A DNA stretch of 42,544 nucleotides from positions 1 through 42,544 of IMG/VR virus record IMGVR_UViG_2718218358_000001. One strand, written 5' to 3'. This document shows, piece after piece, positions 16,934 to 28,123 of this stretch. A program made the translations under genes and the position numbers. A model generated the notes under the pieces. That model was not told the DNA's origin, made no database searches, and was given only the letters and a program-made list of their open reading frames with translations. Each line of letters opens with the position of its first letter. Positions within the stretch are counted from its first letter, which is position 1. This stretch comes from a virus. Lineage: Duplodnaviria; Heunggongvirae; Uroviricota; Caudoviricetes.

Positions 16934-17442
16934 GAGAACTAAACCTCACCAAAGAGCAGCACGAGTGGCTGAATGGCTGGCTTGAACTGTGGGGCGCATG
17001 GGTTTATTCAGGTCGTCTGGAAAAGCGCATGAGCAGCGTAATAGCGAAGTTCATGGAGAGCGTAGAGCCGGGAAGAGTTATGACAAGGCCAATGTGCAAT
17101 GATGATGATGGAATGTTGATTTCTCAGGTCGTCGATTCCGTCATGTACATTGACAAAAAAGCCTTTGGCATCCTCCTCAGCTACTACGCTCATGGTTCAT
17201 CTAAGCGAGCAATTGCATCCTACTATCACGCGACTGCAAAGCCACGCAAGATGTGTGGACGTGGTGGCGAGGGATGGAGAAAACCTTCACTGGCAACCTG
17301 TAGAAACGAAATTGACGACATCCTGAAAGCGTCATTATTTGTTTTGTACCAACCAATGCAAAATGCTTTCAAAATGCGTAAACGTGTTGAGAAAGTTAAG
17401 CATGTTGCTGTTAAAAACCTTGACATGCAATTAGCCATTTAG
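16924..17442 (+). CDS. Q: late antiterminator Q (21/933W-type family)
   Basis: GTG start; LELWGAWVY and [12 protein letters not shown] motifs resemble remembered 933W-type Q; sits before the lysis genes. Confidence 0.65.
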   Translation: MGIRELNLTKEQHEWLNGWLELWGAWVYSGRLEKRMSSVIAKFMESVEPGRVMTRPMCNDDDGMLISQVVDSVMYIDKKAFGILLSYYAHGSSKRAIASYYHATAKPRKMCGRGGEGWRKPSLATCRNEIDDILKASLFVLYQPMQNAFKMRKRVEKVKHVAVKNLDMQLAI

Positions 17443-17449
17443 CCATAAT
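17420..17449 (+). promoter_or_regulatory. candidate late promoter pR' (-35 TTGACA, -10 CATAAT)
   Basis: TTGACA at 17420..17425 and CATAAT at 17444..17449 with an 18-nt spacer, overlapping the end of Q. Confidence 0.35.
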
Positions 17450-18038
17450 TAGAGGGTAAGCTGCCGTTAGTGACTCTTAAGTTGCAACGGTGGCTTTTTT
17501 GTTTGCACAACAGGTAAGAGCATTGAACCCGCAGACCTCGCGGAATTGGTGAAAGGTGCCGCGCAGTGCTCTTATCGTTGTGGTGAATACGCAGGCTGAT
17601 GCGTTAATCAGGTGAACGAGACACCCGCCGGTCCGTGATATGGCACACCGTGCCGGTCATATCTGCCGCGGTTAGGTTTACGAGGATTTCGTAAAGCTGG
17701 TCTAGGGTGAAGCCGTGAAAGCGGAGGAAGTAAAACGAGGCGTCGGTACACGCCTATCGTCATTAAGTCGGAGTTCAGCACCGACCGCCACAACCCAAAC
17801 TGGGCCGTAGCCACTGGCTATCCTGAATTCATCAGTGATAGTTATGCTGCGGCTTTCTACACATGACCTTCGTGAAAGTGGGTGGCAGGAGGTTGCGCTA
17901 ACAACCTCATGCCGTTTTGCCCGTGCATATCGGTCACGAACAAATCTGATTACTAAACACAGTAGCCTGGATTTGTTCTATCAGTAATCGACCTTATTCC
18001 TAATTAAATAGAGCAAATCCCCTTATTGGGGGTAAGAC

Positions 18039-18362
18039 ATGAAGATGCCAGAAAAACATGACCTGTTAGCCGCCATTCTCGCGGCAAAGGAACAAGGCAT
18101 CGGGGCAATCCTTGCGTTTGCAATGGCGTACCTTCGCGGCAGATATAATGGCGGTGCGTTTACAAAAACAGTAATCGACGCAACGATGTGCGCCATTATC
18201 GCCTGGTTCATTCGTGACCTTCTCGACTTCGCCGGACTAAGTAGCAATCTCGCTTATATAACGAGCGTGTTCATCGGCTACATCGGTACTGACTCGATTG
18301 GTTCGCTTATCAAACGCTTCGCTGCTAAAAAAGCCGGAGTAGAAGATGGTGGAAATCAATAA
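18039..18362 (+). CDS. S: holin (lambda S type, class I; dual-start MKM)
   Basis: 107 aa; [34 protein letters not shown]... essentially identical to remembered lambda S. Confidence 0.9.
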   Translation: MKMPEKHDLLAAILAAKEQGIGAILAFAMAYLRGRYNGGAFTKTVIDATMCAIIAWFIRDLLDFAGLSSNLAYITSVFIGYIGTDSIGSLIKRFAAKKAGVEDGGNQ

Positions 18363-18822
18363 TCAACGTAAGGCGTTCCTCGATATGCTGGCGTGGTCAG
18401 AGGGAACTGATAACGGACGGCAGAAAACCAGAAATCATGGTTATGACGTCATTGTTGGCGGAGAGCTATTCACTGATTACTCCGATCACCCTCGCAAACT
18501 TGTCACGCTAAACCCCAAACTCAAATCAACAGCCGCCGGACGTTACCAGCTTCTTTCACGTTGGTGGGATGCATACCGTAAGCAGCTTGGCCTGAAAGAC
18601 TTCTCTCCGAAAAGCCAGGACGCTGTGGCATTGCAACAGATTAAAGAGCGTGGCGCTTTGCCGATGATTGATCGCGGTGATATCCGTCAGGCAATCGACC
18701 GTTGCAGCAATATCTGGGCTTCGTTGCCCGGGGCTGGTTATGGCCAGTTCGAGCATAAGGCTGACAGCCTGATTGCAAAATTCAAAGAAGCTGGCGGAAC
18801 GGTAAGAGAGATTGAGGTATGA
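18346..18822 (+). CDS. R: endolysin (lambda R type lytic transglycosylase)
   Basis: 158 aa; [39 protein letters not shown]... Confidence 0.9.
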   Translation: MVEINNQRKAFLDMLAWSEGTDNGRQKTRNHGYDVIVGGELFTDYSDHPRKLVTLNPKLKSTAAGRYQLLSRWWDAYRKQLGLKDFSPKSQDAVALQQIKERGALPMIDRGDIRQAIDRCSNIWASLPGAGYGQFEHKADSLIAKFKEAGGTVREIEV

Positions 18823-19256
18823 GCAGAGTAACCGCGATTATCTCCGCTCTGGTTATCTGCATCATCGTCTGCCTGTCATGGGCTGTTAATCATTACCGTG
18901 ATAACGCAATCGCCTACAAAGAGCAGCGCGACAAAGCCACATCCATCATCGCTGACATGCAGAAGCGTCAACGTGACGTAGCAGAACTCGATGCCAGATA
19001 TACAAAGGAGCTTGCTGATGCTAACGCGACTATCGAAAGTCTCCGTGATGATGTTTCTGCTGGGCGTAAGCGGCTGCAAGTCGCCGCCTCCTGTGCAAAG
19101 TCAAAGACCGGAGCCAGCAGCATGGGCGATGGAGAAAGCCCAAGACTTACAGCAGATGCTGAACTCAATTATTACCGTCTCCGAAGTGGAATCGACAGGA
19201 TAACCGCGCAGGTTAACTACCTGCAGGAGTACATCAGGACGCAATGTCTGAAATAA
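18819..19256 (+). CDS. Rz: i-spanin Rz
   Basis: N-terminal TM segment then coiled coil; [30 protein letters not shown] resembles lambda Rz. Confidence 0.8.
   Translation: MSRVTAIISALVICIIVCLSWAVNHYRDNAIAYKEQRDKATSIIADMQKRQRDVAELDARYTKELADANATIESLRDDVSAGRKRLQVAASCAKSKTGASSMGDGESPRLTADAELNYYRLRSGIDRITAQVNYLQEYIRTQCLK
19018..19203 (+). CDS. Rz1: o-spanin Rz1 (lipoprotein, embedded in Rz in the +1 frame)
   Basis: signal peptide with lipobox LGVSGC, Pro-rich mature part; start choice between 18991, 19018 and 19048 is uncertain. Confidence 0.55.
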   Translation: MLTRLSKVSVMMFLLGVSGCKSPPPVQSQRPEPAAWAMEKAQDLQQMLNSIITVSEVESTG

Positions 19257-19287
19257 TTTTTTTGCAAATCACAAAGTCCATTTAATG

Positions 19288-19347
19288 AGCCTCGCGATGC
19301 GGGGCTTTTTTGCAATAAATGCGTACCGCAACGCATGTTTTTTTTAC
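19288..19347 (+). terminator. two tandem rho-independent terminators after the lysis cassette
   Basis: hairpin plus T-run at about 19288..19311 and ATGCGT-ACCGCA-ACGCAT plus T9 at 19319..19347. Confidence 0.5.
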
Positions 19348-19460
19348 ACCGAACCTGCCCCTTTGGAATGGGCCTTTGAGGATACCAGTTAGTGCTGGCG
19401 AGCCTCGGTGGGCTGGTTTCCTGTGCGGCAAAGGTTCATTTCAAATGGTAGGTAAACGTT

Positions 19461-19982
19461 ATGAATATCGTGCCACTTAATTACAAAGGTGAAATTGTCA
19501 GTTTCAACACTGATGGTTGGATCAACGTCACAGGTGTTGCTGAGAGATTTGGGAAACGCATTGATAACTGGATGCGTTTGGCAGAAACGCTTGAATACGT
19601 TCGTGCTTTAGACGAAGCGTTGACTGGGAAAGAATCTCAAATTTTACATCCCTCACAATCGAGGTATGTAAAAACCAGCAAGGCACGAAAGGACAGGGGT
19701 GGTGGTACGTGGCTACATCCAAAACTTTCAGTTGCATTTGCCCGTTGGTGTGATGCTCGTTTTGCTGTGTGGTGCGACCTGCACATTGATAGTCTGCTTC
19801 GCGGTGAACTGACTGAGCAGCAGAAATATGAGCAAGCATGTCGCATTCGCGATGACCGGAAATCAAAAGCCAGCAATGGGGCAAGAGAGATGGCTCGCTG
19901 GCGATGGGATAAGCCGGTTATTGAAGCAAATGTTGAGTACTGGCGCGAGCAACTGCAGTTGACTCTCGATATCGCGTGCTGA
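19461..19982 (+). CDS. KilA-N domain DNA-binding protein (moron)
   Basis: N-terminal KilA-N/APSES-like pattern GWINVTGVAERFGKRIDNWMRLAETLEYVRAL. Confidence 0.6.
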   Translation: MNIVPLNYKGEIVSFNTDGWINVTGVAERFGKRIDNWMRLAETLEYVRALDEALTGKESQILHPSQSRYVKTSKARKDRGGGTWLHPKLSVAFARWCDARFAVWCDLHIDSLLRGELTEQQKYEQACRIRDDRKSKASNGAREMARWRWDKPVIEANVEYWREQLQLTLDIAC

Positions 19983-20144
19983 TGGCAAACGCAAAACTGC
20001 GTTATCGAAAAAATCAAAGCATTACTAGAACTGAGCAACGGCTATCCATTACAAAGCCCATCTACGGGTGGGCTTGATAATGGCTTATACCCTGCACGGG
20101 ATAACTTAACTGATATCCCTTTTAACGGATAAACGGAGCCAACA

Positions 20145-20387
20145 ATGGCAGAGATTATTCCCATGACTGAAGAACAGAAATTCCAGTTAGAGATTTACAA
20201 ACTGGTCATGAACCAGAACGCAGCCGCAGAAGAAGCATTTCAGTTCATTGGCACTGACGAGCTGAAGCTTGAGCTATTCAAAATTCACTTCCAGTCAGGC
20301 GGCGCTAATTCAGATATCACGACGCGCACTATCGAAGCGGTGCGTAAATCGAAGGAAGCGTTAGACCTGTTCACTACCGGAGCATGA
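20145..20387 (+). CDS. hypothetical protein upstream of the terminase genes (80 aa)
   Basis: ATG with SD; conserved position before the small terminase gene. Confidence 0.5.
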   Translation: MAEIIPMTEEQKFQLEIYKLVMNQNAAAEEAFQFIGTDELKLELFKIHFQSGGANSDITTRTIEAVRKSKEALDLFTTGA

Positions 20388-20422
20388 TGCTCAACCTGAA
20401 ATAACAACTAAGTGAGATGAAT

Positions 20423-20911
20423 ATGGCAGCACCAAAGGGCAACCGATTTTGGGAGGCCCGCAGTAGTCATGGGCGAAATCCTAAATTCGAATCGCCTGAG
20501 GCGCTGTGGGCTGCTTGTTGTGAATACTTCGAGTGGGTAGAAGCTAACCCGCTATGGGAGATGAAGGCGTTCTCGTATCAGGGTGAAGTGATACAAGAGC
20601 CTATCGCCAAGATGCGAGCGATGACTATTACAGGCCTCACTCTGTTCATTGATGTGACGCTTGAAACATGGCGCACATATCGCCTGCGAGAAGATTTATC
20701 TGAAGTCGTTACGCGAGCAGAACAGGTCATCTACGACCAGAAATTCTCTGGCGCAGCCGCTGACCTTCTCAACGCTAACATCATCGCCCGTGATTTGGGC
20801 CTCAAAGAGCAGTCGCAAGTTGAAGACGTGACACCTGATAAGGGAGATCGCGATAAGCGGCGCTCTCGTATCAAGGAGCTATTCAACCGTGGAACTGGAC
20901 GCGATTCTTGA
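20423..20911 (+). CDS. terminase small subunit (P22 gp3 type)
   Basis: [38 protein letters not shown] matches remembered P22 gp3; 162 aa from the second ATG. Confidence 0.8.
   Translation: MAAPKGNRFWEARSSHGRNPKFESPEALWAACCEYFEWVEANPLWEMKAFSYQGEVIQEPIAKMRAMTITGLTLFIDVTLETWRTYRLREDLSEVVTRAEQVIYDQKFSGAAADLLNANIIARDLGLKEQSQVEDVTPDKGDRDKRRSRIKELFNRGTGRDS
20690..20717 (+). other. candidate pac site inside the small terminase gene (GAAGATTTATCTGAAGTCGTTACGCGAG)
   Basis: matches the remembered P22 pac consensus region within gene 3. Confidence 0.5.
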
Positions 20912-22388
20912 TAACTTGAGCGACGAAGAGCAAATCGAATTGCTCGAGCTACTCGAAGAAGAAGAGAACTACCGTAACACACACCTGCTATATGAATTTA
21001 CGCCATACAGCAAACAGCGTGAGTTCATCGACGCCGGACATGACTATCCAGAGCGATGTTTTATGGCTGGTAACCAGCTTGGTAAGTCATTTACTGGTGC
21101 TGCTGAAGTCGCGTTTCACCTTACCGGGCGTTATCCGGGCACAAAAGGCTATCCTGTTGATGGTAAATATGGCGGTGAGTGGAAAGGTAAGCGTTTCTAT
21201 GAGCCTGTTGTCTTCTGGATTGGCGGCGAGACAAACGAGACTGTAACCAAAACGACTCAACGCATCCTGTGCGGTCGTATCGAAGAGAATGATGAGCCTG
21301 GCTACGGTTCCATACCGAAAGAAGACATCATTAGCTGGAAGAAGTCTCCTTTCTTTCCGAACCTTGTTGATCACCTTCTGGTTAAGCATCACACGGCTGA
21401 TGGCGTTGAAGATGGCATTTCAATCTGCTACTTCAAACCATACTCGCAAGGCCGTGCTCGCTGGCAGGGTGACACAATCCACGGCGTGTGGTTTGACGAA
21501 GAGCCACCATACAGCATTTATGGCGAAGGTCTTACCCGTACCAACAAATACGGGCAATTCTCAATTCTGACGTTTACCCCTCTGATGGGGATGTCTGACG
21601 TTGTTACCAAGTTCCTGAAGAATCCCAGCAAGTCGCAGAAAGTGGTCAACATGACCATCTATGACGCTGAGCACTACACCGACGAGCAGAAAGAGCAAAT
21701 CATCGCATCCTATCCTGAGCATGAGAGAGAGGCGCGTGCTCGCGGTATTCCTACGATGGGTAGCGGGCGAATCTTCCAGATACCGGAAGAGACGATTAAG
21801 TGTCAGCCGTTCGAGTGCCCTGATCACTTCTACGTAATTGGCGGGATGGATTTCGGATGGGATCACCCACAGGCGCAGGTTCAGCTTTGGTGGGATAAGG
21901 ACGCAGACACAATCTACGTTTCACGCGTGTGGAAGGCGAAAGAAAAAACAGCCGTTCAGGCATGGGGAGCCGTTAAATCATGGGCGCATAAAGTGCCAAC
22001 CGCATGGCCTCATGACGGAAACCAGCATGAGAAGGGCGGCGGTGAGCAGCTCAAAGGGCAGTATGCCGACGCTGGTTTTATGATGTTGCAGGAGCATGCG
22101 ACATGGCCTGATGGCGGTAACGCTGTGGAGCCTGGCATCACTGAATTGCGCGACATGATGCTCGATGGTCGCTTCAAAGTATTTAACACCTGTGAGCCAT
22201 TCTTTGAGGAGTTCCGCCTCTATCACCGTGATGAAAACGGGAAGATCGTCAAGCTTAACGACGACGTGCTATCCGCCGTTCGCTATGCATACATGATGCG
22301 CCGCTTCGCCAAAATGATGCGCGACATCAAAAAACCAAAAGAGAAAAAGATACCAGCCCCAATCAGGCCCATCGCACGGAGAACTTAA
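20889..22388 (+). CDS. terminase large subunit (P22 gp2 type)
   Basis: 499 aa; [37 protein letters not shown]; GTG start overlapping the 3' end of the small terminase gene. Confidence 0.9.
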   Translation: MELDAILDNLSDEEQIELLELLEEEENYRNTHLLYEFTPYSKQREFIDAGHDYPERCFMAGNQLGKSFTGAAEVAFHLTGRYPGTKGYPVDGKYGGEWKGKRFYEPVVFWIGGETNETVTKTTQRILCGRIEENDEPGYGSIPKEDIISWKKSPFFPNLVDHLLVKHHTADGVEDGISICYFKPYSQGRARWQGDTIHGVWFDEEPPYSIYGEGLTRTNKYGQFSILTFTPLMGMSDVVTKFLKNPSKSQKVVNMTIYDAEHYTDEQKEQIIASYPEHEREARARGIPTMGSGRIFQIPEETIKCQPFECPDHFYVIGGMDFGWDHPQAQVQLWWDKDADTIYVSRVWKAKEKTAVQAWGAVKSWAHKVPTAWPHDGNQHEKGGGEQLKGQYADAGFMMLQEHATWPDGGNAVEPGITELRDMMLDGRFKVFNTCEPFFEEFRLYHRDENGKIVKLNDDVLSAVRYAYMMRRFAKMMRDIKKPKEKKIPAPIRPIARRT

Positions 22389-24554
22389 ATGGCCGACGAA
22401 AACAGACTCAATTCCATTCTGTGTAAGTTTGACGCGGACTGGATGGCGAGCGATGAAGCCAGAACCGAGGCGACAAATGACCTGTATTTTAGCCGAGTGT
22501 CGCAATGGGATGACTGGCTATCAAACTACACTACCCTGCAATATCGCGGACAATTCGATGTTGTTCGCCCGGTGGTCAGGAAGCTGGTCGCAGAGATGCG
22601 CCGGAACCCTATCGACGTTCTCTTCCGACCCAAAGACGGCGCTAATCCTGATGCTGCCGATGTGCTGATGGGGATGTATCGTACTGATATGCGCCATAAC
22701 ACGGCAAAAATTGCCGTTAACGTTGGCGTTCGTGAGCAGATAGAGTCCGGCGTTGGTGCATGGCGTCTGGTCACGCAGTACGAAGACAACGATCCAACAA
22801 GCAACAATCAGGTAATTCGACGCCTGCCAATTCATGAAGCCTGCTCACACGTCATATGGGACGCCAACAGCAAGCAGATGGATAAGAGCGACGCTAAGCA
22901 CTGCACGGTGATTAACGCCTTGTCGCGCAATGGCTGGAAAGAGTTCGCAGAGGATTACGGTATTGATCCGGATACCTTGCCATCTTTCCAGAATCCGAAC
23001 GATACATGGCTGTTTCCGTGGGTATCGAATGATGTCGTCTACGTCGCTGAGTATTACGAGGTAGAAGAGAAGAAGGAGAAAGTCTTCATCTACCGCGACC
23101 CGCTGACAGGTGAGCCGGTCAGCTATTACCAGCAGGATATCAAAGACGTCATCGACGACCTGGCTAATCGTGGATTCATTAAGGTAGCAGAGCGCAAGGT
23201 GAAGCGTCGGCGCGTGTATAAGTCGATCATCACCTGCACGCAGATACTGAAAGACCGCGAGAAGATAGCTGGAGAGCATATCCCAATCGTTCCTGTGTAC
23301 GGCGAATGGTCATTCGCTGGTGACAAGGAGTGCTACGAGGGCGTGGTAAGGCTGACGAAAGACGGTCAACGCCTTCGTAACATGATCATGTCGTTCAACG
23401 CCGATATTGTTGCTCGTTCACCGAAGAAGAAACCGACCTTCTTCCCTGAGCAAATCGAAGGCTACGAATACATGTACGGTGGAAATGATGACTATCCGTA
23501 CTATCTGCAGAACAAGACCGATGAAAACGGTAACGACCTTCCGATTGGTCCAATCTCCTACATGGAAAACCCTGAAGTGCCGCAAGCCAACGCTTACATG
23601 CTTGAGGCAGCCACCAACGCAGTGAAAGAGGTGGCTAGTCTTGGCGTTGATGCGCAGGCGGCAAATGGTCAGGTCGCTTTCGATACCGTCAATCAACTGA
23701 ACATGCGGGCAGACCTTGAGACATACGTGTTTCAGGATAACCTGGCTACCGCAATGCGACGTGATGGCGAGATTTATGCCTCAATGGTCAACGATATTTA
23801 TGACGTTCCTCGTCATGTAACGCTGACACTTGAAGATGGTAGCGAGAAAGACGTTCAACTATACGCGCAAGTTGTAGATTACCAGTCCGGTAATGTGGTC
23901 ACACTCAACGACATTCGCGGTCGCTATGAGTGCTATACAGACGTTGGACCATCCTTCCAGAGTATGAAGGAACAGAACCGCGCAGAGATTCAGGAGTTGC
24001 TCACCAAGGTTCCGCAAGGTACTCCAGAGTTCCAGATGCTGATGCTGCAATACTTCACGCTGCTTGACGGTAAAGGCGTCGAGATGATGCGAGAGTACGC
24101 GAACAAGCAACTGGTGATGATGGGGCTGAAGAAACCAGAAACACCTGAAGAGATGGAGATGGTACAGCAGGCTCAACAGCAGCCGCAGCAGCCATCAGCA
24201 GAGCAAATTCAGGCGCAGGGTATCCTTCTGCAAGGTCAGGCTGAATTGCTCAAGGCAGAGAACCAACAGGCGCAGATTCAGGTTGAAGCTGCCAAGGTTG
24301 AAGCCCAAAACCAACTCAACGCCGCGAAGATTGCAGAAATCTTCAACAATATGGACCTCGACAAGCAGGCAGAACTGCGTGAGTACCTCAAGCTCGTAGG
24401 TCAATTCCAGCAACAGCGCAGCAAAGATGCTCGTGCTAACGCTGAGCTGCTTCTTAAAGATGCAGACCAGACTCATTCACAACGCATGGATTTCGCGAAT
24501 CTTATGCGTCAAGTTCAAATCCCCTCCGGCGGAGTAGCCGAGACACCTCAATAA
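22389..24554 (+). CDS. portal protein (P22 gp1 type)
   Basis: 721 aa; [43 protein letters not shown]; Gln-rich C-terminal barrel region. Confidence 0.9.
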   Translation: MADENRLNSILCKFDADWMASDEARTEATNDLYFSRVSQWDDWLSNYTTLQYRGQFDVVRPVVRKLVAEMRRNPIDVLFRPKDGANPDAADVLMGMYRTDMRHNTAKIAVNVGVREQIESGVGAWRLVTQYEDNDPTSNNQVIRRLPIHEACSHVIWDANSKQMDKSDAKHCTVINALSRNGWKEFAEDYGIDPDTLPSFQNPNDTWLFPWVSNDVVYVAEYYEVEEKKEKVFIYRDPLTGEPVSYYQQDIKDVIDDLANRGFIKVAERKVKRRRVYKSIITCTQILKDREKIAGEHIPIVPVYGEWSFAGDKECYEGVVRLTKDGQRLRNMIMSFNADIVARSPKKKPTFFPEQIEGYEYMYGGNDDYPYYLQNKTDENGNDLPIGPISYMENPEVPQANAYMLEAATNAVKEVASLGVDAQAANGQVAFDTVNQLNMRADLETYVFQDNLATAMRRDGEIYASMVNDIYDVPRHVTLTLEDGSEKDVQLYAQVVDYQSGNVVTLNDIRGRYECYTDVGPSFQSMKEQNRAEIQELLTKVPQGTPEFQMLMLQYFTLLDGKGVEMMREYANKQLVMMGLKKPETPEEMEMVQQAQQQPQQPSAEQIQAQGILLQGQAELLKAENQQAQIQVEAAKVEAQNQLNAAKIAEIFNNMDLDKQAELREYLKLVGQFQQQRSKDARANAELLLKDADQTHSQRMDFANLMRQVQIPSGGVAETPQ

Positions 24555-24567
24555 GAGAGAGTTAATC

Positions 24568-25479
24568 ATGAACCCAACCACCGACATTCAGACTTCTGAA
24601 GAATTAACCCTGCCCGGCAATCATGCAGCGGCATCTGCTGATGGCTTAGTTGTCGATAATGCCAACGACAACGCAGGTCAGGAAGAAGGCTTCGAGATTG
24701 TCCTGAAAGACGATGAGAAACCAAAACAAGACCCGGCAACTAATGCTGAATTTGCCCGTCGCCGCATCGAACGCAAACGCCAGCGTGAGCTTGAGCAACA
24801 GATGGAAGCGGTTAAGCGTGGAGAGTTGCCGGAGCACCTGCGGGTGAACCCTGAGTTACCAAAACAACCAGACCCTAACGATTATCTTTCCGAAGATGCA
24901 CTGGCTAAGTACGACTATGACCAGAGCCGCGCACTGGCTGCCTTCCAGCAGGCAAACAGTGAATGGCAGATCAAGGCTATGGACGCACGAAGCCAGGCTG
25001 TCGCCGAGCAGGGTCGCAAAACTCAGGAGTTCACCCAGCAATCAGCGCAATACGTCGAGGCAGCCCGTAAGCACTACGACGCAGCGGAAAAGCTCAATAT
25101 CCCTGACTATCAGGAGAAAGAGGATGCATTCATGCAACTGGTGCCGCCAGCAGTCGGTGCCGACATCATGCGTCTCTTCCCGGAGAAATCCGCTGCTCTC
25201 ATGTATCACCTTGGTGCTAATCCTGAGAAGACACGCCAGTTGCTGGCGATGGACGGGCAATCCGCGCTGATTGAACTCACTCGACTGTCAGAACGTTTAA
25301 CTCTCAAGCCTCGAGCCAAGCCTGTTTCAGAAGCCCCGTTACCTGATGAACCCATTCAGGGACACGCTGTTGCTGCAAATATCTCTGCGATTGAAAAGCA
25401 GATGGAAGCGGCAGCAAACAAAGGGGATGTAGAGACGTACCGCAAGCTCAAGGCGCAACTGAATAAAGGAATTCGATAA
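24568..25479 (+). CDS. scaffolding protein (P22 gp8 type)
   Basis: 303 aa; helical, charged; position between portal and coat genes. Confidence 0.85.
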   Translation: MNPTTDIQTSEELTLPGNHAAASADGLVVDNANDNAGQEEGFEIVLKDDEKPKQDPATNAEFARRRIERKRQRELEQQMEAVKRGELPEHLRVNPELPKQPDPNDYLSEDALAKYDYDQSRALAAFQQANSEWQIKAMDARSQAVAEQGRKTQEFTQQSAQYVEAARKHYDAAEKLNIPDYQEKEDAFMQLVPPAVGADIMRLFPEKSAALMYHLGANPEKTRQLLAMDGQSALIELTRLSERLTLKPRAKPVSEAPLPDEPIQGHAVAANISAIEKQMEAAANKGDVETYRKLKAQLNKGIR

Positions 25480-26001
25480 TTATTTCGATATCGTGATGTT
25501 GTTTTCCTCGTCAAACTTTCTGATTACTTCTTTCGCCTCTTCGAATGAAGAACATACTTTTTGCACTCTTGCATTAAGCAGTCGCTTATGAGCGATCCAT
25601 CTTTTCCGCGTGTTGCAAAAGTAAACTCCAGATATTCCGCTGGAGTTATTTTTAGATAGTTTGATTCTATTCCTTTGGTTTGCTGATTTTTTCACAAGAC
25701 GAAGATTTTCAATTCTGTTGTCGTGGCGAATCCCATTTATATGGTCAATTTCCATGCCTTCTGGAATATCTCCGTTAAACATTACCCATACGATGCGGTG
25801 TGCTAGCCACTTAATGCCGTTAATTCTTATGCGGATATATCCATTGCTTTCTAAAAGACCAGCAACTTTCCCAGCGTGTTTTGCATTCCAAACGTTGTGA
25901 TAGTTGCGATTCTTTTTGTTGTTGAAAAATTCAGAGCTTCTGGCTTTCCAAACCAAAGAACCATCGCGGTATTCGAAGTATTCATTCAGTTCCATGCTCA
26001 T
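25480..26001 (-). CDS. HNH homing endonuclease with AP2-type DNA-binding domain
   Basis: HNH motif EIDHINGIRHDNRIENLRLV...NQRN plus an AP2-like segment SGISGVYF...KRWIAHK; antisense to the late operon; visibly AT-rich. Confidence 0.75.
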   Translation of the reverse strand: MSMELNEYFEYRDGSLVWKARSSEFFNNKKNRNYHNVWNAKHAGKVAGLLESNGYIRIRINGIKWLAHRIVWVMFNGDIPEGMEIDHINGIRHDNRIENLRLVKKSANQRNRIKLSKNNSSGISGVYFCNTRKRWIAHKRLLNARVQKVCSSFEEAKEVIRKFDEENNITISK

Positions 26002-26068
26002 AACCCTAATGCGCTATATGTTGATATAACAATAGTATAGCACATAAAGAAAGTAAGGTATTCAATAT

Positions 26069-27364
26069 ATGACTCTCAAAGAAGGGCAGTTAGTTACTTA
26101 CGCTATCGATGAAATCATCGAAACCGTCCAGAACCTGACGCCAATGGCGTCTAAAGTGACAAAATACACCCCTCCGGCAGAATCCATGCAACGTTCAAGC
26201 AACACCGTGTGGATGCCTGTTGAGCAGGAAGCGCCAACTCAGACTGGCTGGGATTTAACTGGCAACGCTACCGGTATTCTGGAACTGTCCGTGAAATGCA
26301 ACATGGGCGATCCGGATAACGATTTCTTCGAGCTTCGTGCAGATGACCTGCGTGATGAGCGTTCTTACCGTCGCCGCATCCAGGCATCCGCTAAAAAACT
26401 GGCGAATAACATTGAGTCAGCAATTGCCAAACAGGCAACCGAAATGGGCTCACTTGTTGTTCACGATACCCGCGCAATTGGTCCATCTACTGGCCTGTCT
26501 GGCTGGGATTTTGTGTCTGATGCAGAGCGACTGATGTTCTCCCGCGAACTCAACCGAGACATGGGTATCAGTTACTTCCTGAACCCTGACGATTACCGCA
26601 AAGCAGGCCGCAATCTTGTAGATGGTGACATCTTCGGGCGCGTTCCTGAAGATGCGTATCACAACGGTACTATTCAGCGTCAGATTGCTGGCTTTGATGA
26701 AATTCTTCGCTCACCGAAACTTCCGGCAGTTACCAAGTCAACCGCTACTGGTGTAACTGTTTCTGGCGCGCAGAAGTTTAAGCCGCAGGCATACACCCTT
26801 GATACCGATGGTAACAAAGAGAACGTCGACAACCGTGTTGCAACGGTGACTGTATCCTCCACCACCGGATTTAAGCGCGGCGACAAAATCAGTTTCACTG
26901 GTGTGAAATTCCTGTCTCAGATGGCGAAGAACGTGCTGACTGATGATGCAACTTTCTCAATCACCCGTGTGATCGATAGTACTCACATCGAAATCACGCC
27001 GAAGCCGATTGCACTGGATGACGCGTCACTGACAAAAGAAGAGAAGGCTTACGCTAACGTAAACACCTCTCTTGCTGATACCACTCCGGTAAACGTTCTG
27101 AACGTGGCAACAACCACCGCTAACGTGTTCTGGGCTGATGACTCAATCCGTCTGCTGTCTCAGCCGATCCCGGTAACCCATGAGCTGTTTGCTGGCATGA
27201 AAACGTCTTCCTTCAGCATTCCTGGTATTGGTGTTAACGGCATCTTCGCAACGCAGGGTGATATCAACACTCTGTCTGGTAAGTGCCGTATTGCTGTGTG
27301 GTATTCAGCATGTGCTGTACGACCAGAGGCAATTGGTGTTGGTCTGCCTAACCAGACCGCGTGA
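26069..27364 (+). CDS. major coat protein (P22 gp5 type)
   Basis: 431 aa; [54 protein letters not shown] resembles remembered P22 coat protein. Confidence 0.9.
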   Translation: MTLKEGQLVTYAIDEIIETVQNLTPMASKVTKYTPPAESMQRSSNTVWMPVEQEAPTQTGWDLTGNATGILELSVKCNMGDPDNDFFELRADDLRDERSYRRRIQASAKKLANNIESAIAKQATEMGSLVVHDTRAIGPSTGLSGWDFVSDAERLMFSRELNRDMGISYFLNPDDYRKAGRNLVDGDIFGRVPEDAYHNGTIQRQIAGFDEILRSPKLPAVTKSTATGVTVSGAQKFKPQAYTLDTDGNKENVDNRVATVTVSSTTGFKRGDKISFTGVKFLSQMAKNVLTDDATFSITRVIDSTHIEITPKPIALDDASLTKEEKAYANVNTSLADTTPVNVLNVATTTANVFWADDSIRLLSQPIPVTHELFAGMKTSSFSIPGIGVNGIFATQGDINTLSGKCRIAVWYSACAVRPEAIGVGLPNQTA

Positions 27365-27372
27365 TAACCAGA

Positions 27373-27394
27373 GGGAGCTTCGGCTCCCTTTTTT
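27373..27394 (+). terminator. rho-independent terminator immediately after the coat gene
   Basis: GGGAGC-TTCG-GCTCCC followed by TTTTTT. Confidence 0.6.
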
Positions 27395-27408
27395 ATCTGG
27401 AGACAAGC

Positions 27409-27645
27409 ATGACACACATGATCTTTCGTCATGGCGACATGAAGAAGTGGAAAGGCGTTGGCTACGACTTTGAAATCGTGAAAGCCGAAGAGCTTCAGGA
27501 ATATCTGGATGCTGGTTGGTTTTCACATCCTGATGACCTTTTGAAGGATGTTGCAGAGCCAGAGCCAGAGCCAGAAGAAAAACAGCGTAAAAAGCCTGGT
27601 CGAAAACCTAAGGCGGCAGCAGATGAACCTGACAACGAAGGGTGA
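27409..27645 (+). CDS. hypothetical protein between coat and gp4 (78 aa)
   Basis: ATG with GGAGA SD; C-terminal EPEPEPEE low-complexity tail. Confidence 0.45.
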   Translation: MTHMIFRHGDMKKWKGVGYDFEIVKAEELQEYLDAGWFSHPDDLLKDVAEPEPEPEEKQRKKPGRKPKAAADEPDNEG

Positions 27646-28123
27646 TTTAGTTCTTGCGGCATTACGTAAGCTCGGTGTTGCATCAAATGCCACGTTAACC
27701 GATGTCGAACCGCAGTCTATGGAAGACGGGGTCAACGACCTTGAAATGATGATGGCTGAATGGCTTGGCGGTGATGTGTCACCTGGTATCAACGTTGGCT
27801 ACATTTTTGCTGATGCAGATGTCGCTCCAGATCCGGGCGATGAGCACGGCTTATCAAATAACGCTATAAATGCCGTCATTTTCAACCTTGCCTGCCGCAT
27901 TGCTCCAGATTATGCGCTGGAAGCGTCTGCAAAACTTATAACCACTGCCAGATACGGGAAAGAGCGACTCGTCAAACTGTCTGCAATGGACAGAGCAAAA
28001 GCTGCTAAATGTAAGTCCGGTTATCCAAACCGTATGCCTGTTGGTAGCGGTAATCAGTTGGCGAAGTGGAACGGTTGGAATTACTTCCACCGGAAGGAAC
28101 CTTGCGATAACGGGAGCGAATAA
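27623..28123 (+). CDS. head completion / portal-plug protein (P22 gp4 type)
   Basis: [43 protein letters not shown] resembles remembered P22 gp4; 166 aa from the ATG at 27623. Confidence 0.8.
   Translation: MNLTTKGDLVLAALRKLGVASNATLTDVEPQSMEDGVNDLEMMMAEWLGGDVSPGINVGYIFADADVAPDPGDEHGLSNNAINAVIFNLACRIAPDYALEASAKLITTARYGKERLVKLSAMDRAKAAKCKSGYPNRMPVGSGNQLAKWNGWNYFHRKEPCDNGSE

Noticed and set aside
17520-17830. Possible tRNA or other RNA gene in the GC-rich late leader, and the minus-strand ORF 17608..17814
   Set aside because: No cloverleaf hallmarks (no GTTCGA T-loop with a matching acceptor stem) could be found by eye, and the ORF translation is Pro/Arg-rich with no SD. Left as an unassigned leader; needs tRNAscan and Rfam.
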